In this document: positions 23,945-35,366 of the stretch, one piece after another | How positions within the stretch are numbered: the first letter of the stretch is position 1 | Layout: each line of letters starts with the position of its first letter | NCBI GenBank assembly: GCA_008632985.1 | Contig: QPGO01000007.1 | Span: forward strand, 248,001-312,000 | Reading direction: 5' to 3' | Source of the DNA: Psammoneis japonica | Taxonomy: Eukaryota | DNA: 64,000 nucleotides | Program-made: the position numbers and the translations under genes | Notes under the pieces: model-generated | The model's input: only the letters and a program-made list of their open reading frames with translations | What the model was told of the DNA's origin: nothing | Database searches by the model: none

Positions 23945-26204
23945 GTCGTCGATTTAGAGCGAAACTAACAAGTTATCTCAACTTGATGCCAGCCAGACAA
24001 GAACGTTGATATGGGAAAGGATCGTGAAAATGCGATGCGAAGCAAGAAGCAAGCAAAAGAAAAATGTGAGGAGAGATGATGACACGCGTGCGGTCGCGGA
24101 TGACCGGATCTTAGCGGATAACTTACAGACGCACAATTGCCTGATTTTTCATAGAATCCATGAAAAAGTAAAATTCCGAGAAAACGTAATTTTCGGGTGG
24201 ACTGCCATGGCTTTGTTTTCACTGCATCATTTGCCATGGTGGATTTCCATTTTTTTGGCCCCATCTCTTCTGATGAGAGTTTTGGCGACAGCACGACTTG
24301 CCAGAATGTTGCTTTGCTGTCGATCACTTGTGGATTGATGAAGTTGTTCTTTGGCGCAGTGCAACTCAGTCATTTGTTCAGAAGCTTTGTTGGGGAACTG
24401 CCTTTGATGTTTTTTGTCACAAAGACTGATGTGTTGGCCAAGGCTGTGGGCTGGTTGGACACTCTGCTTCATTCCAGACATGGTTGTTGCTTGGTGGGAT
24501 GTCACAGTTGATTTTGTTGTCATGTTTGCAAACTGCAAACCAAGTCTTGGCCATTTCTTCAGTCCTTCTCTTTGTTCTGCTGTTCTGGTCGCCTTTTCTC
24601 TCAGCTGCTCTTTTTTTTTCTTGACAACCATTGCACTGGTCATCAGGAGGGGAGGGTGACACACATCTGAGATGGGGAGCACACTCCCTTGTGTTGGACA
24701 GACTGGCATGGACAGCATGGAGAGATCCGAGACGATCCTCTCTCCCTTTGCTCACTTTCTTTCTTATCCAGTGCGCTCATTGTCGCACCCATCCTGGACA
24801 CCGCCCCAGCGACGAGCCAACTTGACCGCCGTCTCGCCGCCCTCGACACCCGTGTTCATGGGCAAGACACGATCGCATCCAAAGCAATTGGAAATGAATT
24901 CCGTGCAAGGACCGAGGCTGTCGTTGAAAAAGGCACGAGAAGTCAAGGTCAACTTGGGCGCTTGTGTTGTTGACGCTTCGATGATTTTAGGGTGGCAGTG
25001 TCCCTGATTAACAGCGGAGTGCGCCGACAAGAAATCGCAGCAGCAATGGCCATCGACGTCAAAGACCCGAGTGCCTGTTGAAAAAGCAAGCGAATTGGGT
25101 GGCATCATCTGAGACGAATCAGCTCTGCATTTTTCGATCGGAAATTCACACAACGCAACACTCACCCTCTCCTCGGGCAAGAACAACAGGAAGCGGGTGA
25201 CAATTGTGTGCTCCGTACTTGTCCTCTAGATTCATGCATTTTGCGGCAGCCTCTGAGGGAACAGGCTCGGATGCGGCTGCGGTCGAGAGCCATCGAGCGG
25301 AAACCGCACGATGCCCCAGAAAATGGCATGTGGCAGTCAACATGTCGTCGATTTAGAGCGAAACTAACAAGTTGTCTCAACTTGATGCCTGCCAAACAAG
25401 AACGTTGACATGGGAAAGGATCGTGAAAATGCGATGCGAAGCAAGAAGCAAGCAAAAGAAAAATGTGAGGAGAGATGATGACACGCGTGCGGTCGCGGAT
25501 GACCGGATCTCAGCGGATGACTTACAGACGCACAATTGCCTGATTTTTCATAGAATCCATGAAAAAGTAAAATTCCAAGAAAACGTAATTTTCGGGTGGA
25601 CTGCCATGGCTTTGTTTTCACTGCATCATTTGCCATGGTGGATTTCCATTTTTTTGGCCCCATCTCTTCTGATGAGAGTTTTGGTGACAGCACAACTTGC
25701 CAGAATGTTGCTTTGCTGTCGATCACTTGTGGATTGATGAAGTTGTTCTTTGGCGCAGTGCAACTCAGTCATTTGTTCAGAAGCTTTGTTGGGGAACTGC
25801 CTTTGATGTTTTTTGTCACAAAGACTGATGTGTTGGCCAAGGCTGTGGGCTGGTTGGACACTCTGCTTCATTCCAGACATGTGGTTGTTGCTTGGTGGGA
25901 TGTCACAGTTGATTTTGTTGTCATGTTTGCAAACTGCAAACCAAGTCTTGGCCATTTCTTCAGTCCTTCTCTTTGTTCTGCTGTTCTGGTCGCCTTTTCT
26001 CTCAGCTGTTCTTTTTTTTTCTTGACAACCATTGCACTGGTCATCAGGAGGGGAGGGTGACACACATCTGAGATGGGGAGCACACTCCCTTGTGTTGGAC
26101 AGACTGGCATGGACAGCATGGAGAGATCCGAGACGATCCTCTCTCCCTTTGCTCACTTTCTTTCTCATCCAGTGCGCTCATTGTCGCACCCATCCTGGAC
26201 ACCG
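23405..26204. repeat. Head-to-tail tandem duplication: unit 1 23405-24803, unit 2 24804-26204
   Basis: Direct alignment with offset 1399-1401; about 35 substitutions and one 2 bp indel. Confidence 0.97.
24804..25343 (-). pseudogene. OAT: Truncated duplicate of the OAT 5' half, hypermutated at TpA (Tyr to Cys/His)
   Basis: [11 protein letters not shown] becomes HCCCDFLSAHS; NYH becomes [16 protein letters not shown] becomes PCTEFISNCFGCD; homology ends at 24804. Confidence 0.95.
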
Positions 26205-26905
26205 TTGGATCATCCCGATGTCACCAGCCCACAATGATTGAATGTGCTCATTCTTCCCTTTGACCCATCTCATGAGCAGAGCACAGTGTGTCATTTTTTC
26301 CCTTCTTGTTGTGTCCTCGTGTGGCCACAAATGCAAACCACAAGAGCTCCAGAGCAGAGACGCATCCAGGTCCAGGTGGGGGACCTCGCACTGCTGAACT
26401 GTGACATCAACAGTTTTTTGAATTGTGTTGCATGTTGCACACGCACATTTCTGCATGATTTTGGCAACATTTTGTGTCATCTTGCAGTGCAGTTGTTGGG
26501 CGACACATTCAACAACTTTTGACATTTTTTCTTCCACGCCATTCTCAAATGTCTCAATGATGGTGTGTTGGGCAGTCGGACCATCCAAAACTTTGAGCAG
26601 GCACAGAGGCACATGTGCCACAAACTTGGTTGTTTGTTTCATGTCAAAGATGAATGTGTCCATTGAGCAGAGTGCGAACTGCAGAGCTTGCGCGTGGAAT
26701 TCTGCGGGGCAAATGTCACAAAAAGTCCCACCCAGAGGGCTGGAGCACGTCAGCAAAGGCCAAGACAAAAATGGAGCCCCATGTGAGCAACATGAACATG
26801 TGTGGTTTGATGGTGAAGTTCATTTTTCCCTTGCTCCACCACAAGGGGGCGCTTTGTGTTGATGTGTGGATGCATCCATGGCGGTTGTGTCCCCCGGCAG
26901 TGGCG

Positions 26906-26958
26906 TGGCTGGCTGGCTCGCTGGCTGGCTGGCTCGCTGGCTGGCTGGCTTGCTGGCT
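26906..26958 (+). repeat. Imperfect (GGCT)n tetranucleotide microsatellite
   Basis: ggctggctggctcgctggctggctggctcgctggctggctggcttgctggct. Confidence 0.9.
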
Positions 26959-28290
26959 AGATGATGATGGGATGAAAAGCACACCCACCTGAACCAAGTC
27001 AAAGGGGAACAACAGGAATCATTCAAAAATGTCACGTGGGTCACAGTTGATGTTTCACATGTGGAAAAACACAAAATCGTGCAGAAATGCACACAATGTC
27101 ATGTGAGAGAATGATCAGAGCTAACGACTTTTCGGGAACTGAATTGAAATGCCATCTGTTCAATGGTGTTGGCCTTCACCATGTGAATCAACAAAACACC
27201 GTCGATCAGATGGCATTTCAATTGATTTCCCGAGAAGTTGACATTTGCACACGGACAGATGGACAGACTGACAATGATTGTTCTTAGTGCTCTCCTGCAC
27301 AATTTCTACGTGATGACTCTCAGGACCCGAGTGATTCCTGTTGTTGCCACAATCACTTGTTTTTTGTTCCCCTCCATCCCCTGAGACCTTTCAGACGTTC
27401 GTTCCCGCCAAATTGCCCTCATTTCCCGGGTGTTCCCCAAAAGGGCAAGGCAATTTCCCCTTGCCCTGGCCATTTCCTTGGGGAACCCCCAATCCGGCAA
27501 AACCAAACCAAGGTGCTGTGCATGGCAGTGCAACAAACAATTCACCCCTTGGTTTCAGGCACGTGTCTTTGTGACAGCCAAAATGTGAAACTTCCATGCT
27601 TGACGTTCGTTTGGGGCTAAATGTTTTTTGTTCTTGTTGCGGGAATGGGGGGTGGGGACACATGCTGTGTTGGCAACCTGCGGCGTGTCTTCACAACATG
27701 ATCACCTGATGGTTTGACACTTGGCGGATGTGATGCATTGAGCAAATCAAGGAATTGGTGTCAGGCTGTGCATTGGAATCCATGGACACAAAGGGGGTGA
27801 CAAAATGGAGCATTTCCTGCATGTTCTTATTTTCAACACACATGGACAGTCCAGCGGCAACATGCTGCTCACATCAATGAAGTCCGCATGGATTGCACAG
27901 GTTACACAAAGATGTGAACAAATGAGAGTGACACCAGAACATGCGGGAAAACTTTCATGAAGAGATCGAAGGTTTACGGCAACTCGCGGAGGAGCATCTG
28001 ATTTTCTACTGTGCATGTGATGCTGCACTCACGCTGATGGCTTGCAGTGGGGCAAGTGCCAAAGTCATTATTCGTAGATTGTCTTTGTCCATATAACATG
28101 TAGATGTTAGTCTTCGTGCCAGCTTGGGACTTGCGCCTCAGATCATCTATTCCCGGTCCGTTGGAGAGCTTGTATCCGTGCATGGAAAACAAATCCGAAT
28201 CGAAGTGCGCGTTAAAAAAACAATAGGTTACCTATTACGAGATGTCTGAAACTTGACAATGAAGACTGATTCTTGGTCGCACAGATCGGC

Positions 28291-30625
28291 TCAACCACGT
28301 TTTGAGGGCGAACGTGTCGCCAAGGCCATGTCTGTTAAATCCAGTTCGCTTTTGTGAAGGATTTGAAAGTTCTCCTTGGTCAGGAATGCTTTCAGTCCTT
28401 CGGCTAGCACAATGATCACTTCCAAGTTTCTGGGGATTGAGACGTCCGCAAAATTCGTCCCTTCTCCGAAACGCCGCGCAATTACTTTGTCGGCGTCATC
28501 AAAGACTTGATCGCCGGCCGGTAACTCTTCCTCGGACACGGTCAGCGCAATCATCACAAATACAACCCGAGTATCTCTGCAGCATGAAAAGCATGATTTT
28601 TGCAGCGCTTTCGCCATCATGGCCGAAGTGACCCTTTGCTTACCGTTCTTGAACTGCATTTCAACAACGACCTGTTTGTCAGTTTTCAAAATTAGGTCTG
28701 CTGAAGATGACATAGACCGAGGCACGTAGAACACCCCTGTCTCCAGCGCCTTGATGACCGTGGGAAGATCCAGCGGATGGACGTCTGCGAAACCAGCAGA
28801 AGCTGGGTTGTCAAAAAATCTGCCCAATGCATCAATGGATTTACCCGGTGTGGGAGAGCGTGTTATCTTGGGAAAACTCTTGAAGGCTTTGAACACGAAA
28901 TTTTCTTCCTCAATAGTAGATCCTTTCAAGAAAGGTAGCCGCTCCCCAAGAGATGGCGGGCCACAGTGGAGCTCTTCGCTCACACGCAAACGTAGAATGT
29001 GCTGCACCATCACTTCCAGGACATCGCCGGAGTTCTGCGCTTGTGCCTGCACGGGGCACGCGGTTTGAAGCGAGCCCCAAAAAGGAAGACGGGGCTCGGG
29101 AACGTGTTTTGCAATCTCGCCCAAGACAACTGGAGGGACTACCAGAACATATCTATCCGCGCCGCATCGTTGCACGTAAAGCGGAAAGGTGCTGCAGATT
29201 TCCAATGTCATGACTGAACCTTCAAACCCCCAGAATGTTCCATCGATCTCTTGTGCCAGGGAAATCGGAAGTCGGAGAGCAGCAATTCGAATCAACTCAA
29301 GAAAGAACTTCCGCATGCTGTGCTGGACCCTAAGGTGTGGCTTCATCTCATGCTCTGCCTCTTGAAGAAGGTGTTGGGTAAAAGGGGCTGAATCACGCAG
29401 GAAAGTCGCCCTTCTCGACTCGAAGTCGACCCCATCCAGTGACATCCGATCTGTAAAAAAGTTTACGCCGTGATCAACAAATCGTGGCACTCCGCTGGTG
29501 ATTGCATGAAAGTGATCAATAAAATCATCTTCGACATGATCCACGAATTCCTCGAGAATTTCCCTCACGTTTTCCTTTTTCAAGGGGTCTAGTAGAATAC
29601 ATTCCGCATTCTCGGGAGAAAGCAAATCTCGGTGCTGCGAAAGACATCCTTTGCCGAGAAGGAAAAGGGTTGGAGATGGACCTGTGCAAAACACTTAAGA
29701 ATCCGTCTTGTTGTGGATTCCACTTATCTCTGTCCACATGCGATAGAGGAGAGTGATTCGGTCACCCTCTGAACGAAAAGGCCCCAACGCACTAACTTCA
29801 TCAAGATGAATGAAGAAATGCTTCCCAGTTTGATTCTCAAAATGCCGGACAATTTTCCAACTTGGTAGCATATGTATGTTTCCAGGTAGCTTGACTTGCG
29901 AGGAATCTGAATTTCTGGATAGGGATGACATTTTTGTGGCCAATGCAATGCGTATGGACTCGACCAACGGGAAGGAAATATTGAGATCAAAACGAAAGTC
30001 AACGAACAAACGCTCAAGCCCGAGGAGCCACTGCACAGGTGCAACGCGATATTTTCTTTCCAGTATTTCTCTCAGTTGATCCAAAGATCTTAACCGAGTC
30101 AAAAAATTGAGGGCAAACGTCGACTTTCCAGAGCCAAACATCTGCGCAGATGTGGCTAGAGTAAGACGGTGTTGCGACTCTACGCCCGCCGTTCGCGATC
30201 TTCCTTTGCGTTTAATGTGATTTGAGAGTAGGATATGAGCAAGTTGCTCGCACTCTCCTTTCGCGGTTGACAAATGGAAGAGGCGAAGCCGACTCTTCTG
30301 AAACAGTTGCCCGCAAAGACAGCCCCTTTTCGAATTCGGGCAGAAGAAATTCCATCCCATCGGATGGCACCTTCGTCTGTGATGGAGGCGGCTTTCCAAC
30401 AACATCAACAGAGTAAATGATTCCTTTGTATCCAATTGAAAAATCTGGAAAAATGCTAGCGAACAGATTCGTTGAGAAAGGATCACCGTCGTCGTCGAAT
30501 ACAAATAAAGAATCAGGAATGAGATCGGCATTATACGTCTCGTTGAGAACAACTTCTTCGTTCCCTTTCTTTAGTTTGACCTGTACACGACTTGGATCTC
30601 TCCAAATCAATTTTGCAGTTGCCAT
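28291..30625 (-). pseudogene. Crinkler/CR-like protein: short header, P-loop NTPase and restriction-endonuclease-like domain; frameshift near 30265 and in-frame TAA at 29695-29697
   Basis: Walker A variant SAQMFGSGKST, Walker B FFIHLDEV, TSGVPRF, C-terminal SSSADLILK...VEMQFKNG (PD-(D/E)xK-like). Confidence 0.65.
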
Positions 30626-30914
30626 GATACAAAGACGATACGAGTCGAAAGGATCTGAACCACGATGATCAGAGCAATCCGGCACATACAAGTGGCGGCG
30701 AAGAGCTGCTTGTTGCGGCGCCGTTGTTTTGAACGTGAGCGTCCCATTAGTATTTTCGGTTTTTGGTGAAATATTTATTTGAAAATGACGTTTTATTCGA
30801 TATATATTGAAAATAATGCTCATTTTGCTATTTCTAGAGTGATTATCTGTACGGTGGGTAGGTACTGTACTGCATGCGGCCTGGACTGCTGGACGCCCGC
30901 AATCACGCAGCACC

Positions 30915-31445
30915 ATGGCGAGCAAGCATTCTAGTACCAAAGAGAAACCAATGAAGGAGGACGCTGATGGACCCTCCTCTACTATGAAGGCACAAAGAGA
31001 AAAGGACGATGAAAAAGACGGCAAAAAGCCGTCACGTGGCGAGCATGAAAAGCGCAGAAAACGGAGCTCGTCGTCCGAGAGAGGCCGTTCGGAACGACGT
31101 CGCAAAAAATCCTCCAAGCGAAGAAAACGATCAAGATCCTACTCGTCCAGCAGTAGTAGTAGTAGAAGTAGTAGCGAGGAAGAAGACCGAAAAAAGTCGT
31201 CAAGAAAGAAAAAGAGCCGCAAAAAGGAACGAAAGCACAAGAAAAAGAAACGCAGCAAAGATCGAAAGAAACGGAGATCCAGCAGAGAGGATGATGATTC
31301 GTCTGACGAGAGCGATACAAACGTGAGACGCAGTGTCATTACCGGTAAAAAGATTAAAATGCATATTGAAAAGTCAACAGAGGACGTGAAGGAAGAGCAG
31401 GCGAGGAAGAATTTGTTGCGATTTATGAATTCTGGTGGCTTTTGA
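30915..31445 (+). CDS. Lys/Arg/Ser-rich low-complexity protein, probably nuclear
   Basis: RS and KK tracts with an ordered C-terminal motif RRSVITGKKIKM...ARKNLLRFMN. Confidence 0.7.
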   Translation: MASKHSSTKEKPMKEDADGPSSTMKAQREKDDEKDGKKPSRGEHEKRRKRSSSSERGRSERRRKKSSKRRKRSRSYSSSSSSSRSSSEEEDRKKSSRKKKSRKKERKHKKKKRSKDRKKRRSSREDDDSSDESDTNVRRSVITGKKIKMHIEKSTEDVKEEQARKNLLRFMNSGGF

Positions 31446-31570
31446 GCGAGCGGGCAGACTGAGGACTCTTTTCACAGCTTTTGCCGTGCTTTTGCAGCGT
31501 TAGGAAAGCCATCAAAGGTGAAAGGAGCGAGAGGTGATGGACAGCAAACAAACGTCGGTGCAGAAAAATG

Positions 31571-32597
31571 CTATACGCTACTATCATTTAGAGCCACGCA
31601 CGTAACGGCTGACTGGTGGCCATTGTATTGCCGTACAACCTCCCCTGTTCTCAAGTTCCAGAGTTTGGCAGTGTGATCACTGCTTGACGTGACAAGATAG
31701 CTCGAGTCGGCGCAAAAAGCTGCATCCCAAACCCACTTTGTGTGCTGATGTAGTACTTGCGAAATCTGCCACGTGGACGTGTCCCACAGTTTGGCTGTCC
31801 CGTCACTGCTTGTTGTGACCAAGTGTCTTGAGTCGGGCGCTATAATGGCATGTAAACAGTATGTCCCTGGCGCATGCGCACGAAACTTTGTAATGGGAAC
31901 CAAGTCATCGGAGCGGGTAGGATCCCACACAAAGACAGTCGCGTGATTGCTCACAGCAACAAGTGTTTGGCAGTCGTCACTAAAGTCTACAGCCTGAATA
32001 GCTACCGCCTTGCCCGGACCAGATCGATCGGGAATTACCTCATTGATACACCGTGATGAACCCAAGTCCCAAATCTTAACGGAGCCATTTTGGTCTCCAG
32101 ACACAATCTCATCCCGATTGCTACGCAGTGACGTTGATGTGACGGGTCCCCGGCTGTCGAATGAACGAGAAAAAGAGGGACTTCGAAGGTCCCACAGCTT
32201 AATAGTTCCTGTGTTTCCCATGTAGAGACAAGTGTTAGAGAAGGAGTCCTTGGCATTTTATGGCGCTCGCTGCAAAAGAGAGCACCACTAAGCACAAATC
32301 ATTACCATCTTCAGAACCACTGTAGAGATACCGCCCATCTCTTTGAAATCCTAACGATGTGACGGATGAAGTATGTCCCTCTAGCGTCAACACAGGGTTC
32401 TCCATAGCTGGGTTATTTATATCAAAGAGCCGAATGTAAGGATTGCCACCTGCTGCTAGAAATTGTTTGTCGGGTGTGATTTTTAAGCAATTCACCTGGC
32501 TGTCTGGATATCGCAACATGCGCGAGCAAATACCAGACGGAGCTTCCCAAAAACGAATCTTGTGATCGTAACCCGCTGTGGCAAGAATGACACTCAT
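31571..32597 (-). CDS. LST8: TOR complex subunit LST8 (WD40); intron about 32212-32303
   Basis: [69 protein letters not shown]. Confidence 0.95.
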
Positions 32598-32924
32598 GAT
32601 TCTTGAACAATTCAGGGATACTAGTAGAGAGTTTTCCGTCGTTCCGATAAACGAAACTCTGACAACAACACTTCCTTACTGCTCTCGTCTGAAAAAGATC
32701 GCTTTCAGCTTTCAACTATCTTTGACACCTGTAGCTAATGCCTGGAACAAAGCCGGAAATCTACCTCTACATTCGTCTCGACTCAATCCCTGGTGGACTT
32801 TCGGTATCTAAAACATACAAAGCAATACACGACCACATACGGCCCTACAAACAACGAAATCGGACGACAGCACCGTCAACAAACAACAAAGCAAGAATGT
32901 GTGTGCGTGTGATCATCTGGCGGG

Positions 32925-33250
32925 TGTGACGTCCCCACGAATTCAGAATGCGAAGCCATGATGCATGTTCAATGCCTCTTGTATGACGTAAGTTTCTTGA
33001 ACTTCAAGTTGAACAAGCTGGACAACCAGCTCAGCACGTAACGAAGTTACGTGAGCAGATGTTGCGACTCTGTCATACGTGTCAATCGTGAAATTTGACG
33101 TCAAAGAATCTTACGTTACTTAGTGATAAAGACGACCTGTTTTTGATCATTTAACAATCGAAGTTTTGAAGTAATTGCGTGGTCTACTTGAATTTTGAAC
33201 TTGGTTGAAGTTCAATGAATTCGCACGTGGGTTCTACGTGAAACGTATGA
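32925..33250. promoter_or_regulatory. Cluster of ACGT-core elements plus nGAAn-like repeats in the divergent LST8/HSF intergenic region
   Basis: About 10 ACGT cores, including TGACGTC, TGACGTA, TGACGTCA and CACGTG; palindrome cacgtaac-gaa-gttacgtg; ttcttgaacttc near 32995. Confidence 0.45.
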
Positions 33251-33453
33251 CAAGAAGAATCAGCTGACACCGAAAGAAATGAGAAGGAAAAACGAGACAC
33301 AACATCAACGTTGTCACTTACCGTTCTCTTGTCACAAGAACAAGAGAAGTAGAACACATTCAGAAGGCTCAGTTGCTGTTACAAGTACGTTCAGAAGCTC
33401 GAGCAGCAGCCAAGGATCCATATTGTGATTGATCTACTCAAGCACGATTCACT

Positions 33454-34611
33454 ATGGCTCCAAACACCGAACACGCGCATCGTGAAGCGCTAAAAGAGAA
33501 CTGGCATCGAGCATATCAACGACCTTCGGTTCCAGCTGTGACGGGTGATACAAATGCGTCAAACAACGCGGTAGCATCTTCTGATGGTGGTGTTGTAATG
33601 CCTTCAGGCCTTACCAACATTCTACCCCAAGGCTCGTCCAATAGTGCTTTGCTTCAGACTCAACTGCTCCAGCAACAGCTCCAAGGCATTATCGCCGCTG
33701 CATCAAACGTCGTTTATCCACCACCACCATCAGTGTCACCGATAACGACAGAGTTACTTTTAGTCGCTGCGTTGCTCCCGTTGATTACATCTCAGCAGGT
33801 CGCTGCTCAGCAGGTCGCTGCCCAGCAGCAGCAACTCGATCTATCCCTTCCTCAAGGTGTCGGGCTACAGCACCCGTCTGCTGTTGCCCCGTTGCTCGCA
33901 GCCTCCAGTGCGCCTCTACTGACACAACAAGCTGCAGTGCCTTCATTACCGAACCAGCAAGGACAAGTTCCACTTCGAAGTGTGAGTCCAACATCCGAAG
34001 CTTCAAGCAAAAGCACCGAGAACAAAGAGGAAACGGACAGCCGCGAGTATATTCCAAGGAAAACAACTTCGGGAGAAGTGTTTGAGCCCTTTCCACAAAA
34101 GCTTTACAGGATGATTCAAGAAGCGAAAGAGAACAACCAAGAAGATGTTATTGCTTTCTTTCCCCATGGGCGCGCTTTTGTGATTCACAAGCCGAGAGTC
34201 TTTGTGAGCGAAATCATGCCAAGGTATCTTACGACGAAGCAATTCTCTTCTTTTCAGAGACAGCTCAACCTTTACAAATTCAAGCGAATCCATGACGGCC
34301 CTGACACAGGTGGTTACTATCATGAACACTTTATCAATGGCCAACCCGAGTTACTGAGAAGAATCAGGAGAAAGCCAGCGGGGAGCACCAAGAACGCTCA
34401 TTCGGCATCGTCTGTCGCGCCCGTAGCCGCTCCATCGGCGGGTATGGACCTACTCACAGCCGTATCAGCAATTCTAGGCCAAAGTGTCCCCCAACATGCG
34501 GCTCAACAAGATGCAACGGCGGTTCTAGAGAGGCAAGATCAGGTCTTACAGCAAGACAAAGAAAATGTCTTGAAGAATTTGTTGCGGTTGGATTCCTCTC
34601 CCTCTACATAA
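33454..34611 (+). CDS. Heat shock transcription factor (HSF DNA-binding domain) with Gln/Ala-rich N-terminus
   Basis: FPQKLYRMI, FFPHGRAFVIHKP, FSSFQRQLNLYKFKRI, GPDTGGYYHEHF. Confidence 0.92.
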   Translation: MAPNTEHAHREALKENWHRAYQRPSVPAVTGDTNASNNAVASSDGGVVMPSGLTNILPQGSSNSALLQTQLLQQQLQGIIAAASNVVYPPPPSVSPITTELLLVAALLPLITSQQVAAQQVAAQQQQLDLSLPQGVGLQHPSAVAPLLAASSAPLLTQQAAVPSLPNQQGQVPLRSVSPTSEASSKSTENKEETDSREYIPRKTTSGEVFEPFPQKLYRMIQEAKENNQEDVIAFFPHGRAFVIHKPRVFVSEIMPRYLTTKQFSSFQRQLNLYKFKRIHDGPDTGGYYHEHFINGQPELLRRIRRKPAGSTKNAHSASSVAPVAAPSAGMDLLTAVSAILGQSVPQHAAQQDATAVLERQDQVLQQDKENVLKNLLRLDSSPST

Positions 34612-34655
34612 AGACGTTGTTGCAAACGAAAATGTACGAAGTCAAGCCCGATGGA

Positions 34656-34657
<2 letters not shown>

Positions 34658-34693
<36 letters not shown>
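34658..34693 (+). repeat. (CT)n microsatellite
   Basis: About 17 perfect CT units. Confidence 0.95.
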
Positions 34694-34696
<3 letters not shown>

Positions 34697-35366
34697 GGGT
34701 CTAGAGAGTAGAGACGGTCGGATTTTAAAGGATATGCAGCTAAGGTTATGAGCTGAAAATATTACGCATAAAATAAATGTTAAAGTTATGCCCTCTAGAG
34801 AGAGAGGACCCTGGGAACTACGGTACCTTCTTTGGTCCACTACTGTAGCATCACGAGGTAGAGCCCCTCTAGAGTAGAGTAGGGCTACTGTACAGTGTTT
34901 TTATTTTAGGACTATTTGAGGACTGTCTAGCTACCGGTACAAGTAGAGAGTAGATGCCGGGTAACTTGACATTGGCTGGGATAAACTGGGTACACTACCG
35001 ATGTATTCTGACTCGATAAAGTAAAGACTAGAAACTATCCTACGCATTGTTTCCAAGTGACCTGGTCTTTTTTTTATAGACATAGTCTAAGCAAGGGGAG
35101 AGAGCATATCTACCAGGAAGAGGATAATGCAGTAGGGCCCTAGAGTGCCTTAACATTTGTCTGTCTGACCCTGGGTTTCCCTGATTGTTCAATCCCATCG
35201 GCCCTTCGCTCCCGCTTTGACCGTATTCGCGCGTTCGCGATTCCGCGTTGTGCGCGTTGTCGAAGCTCATTCATGTTCATTGGATGGACCCATCATCACT
35301 CATCACTCATCATACTGATTGCACATCACTGCATGCGGTATTGCTACCGGCATTGAAAAAGAAAAG

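Larger units (their letters stand above)
24190..27960. mobile_element. TpA-depleted degenerate repeat domain 2 (includes the mutated OAT duplicate)
   Basis: TA almost absent outside the OAT-derived part; dense spurious Cys/His-rich ORFs; no recognisable intact transposase. Confidence 0.55.

Noticed and set aside
24804..25343. Second functional OAT isoform
   Set aside because: Truncated before the PLP-binding region, with conserved Tyr residues replaced.
23405..26204. Duplication as an assembly or haplotype artefact
   Set aside because: Differences are one-directional and context-specific, unlike allelic variation or indel-type read error; a read check is still advisable.
29695..29697. Programmed stop readthrough in the Crinkler-like gene
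   Set aside because: TAA with no supporting context; a nonsense mutation or base error is simpler.
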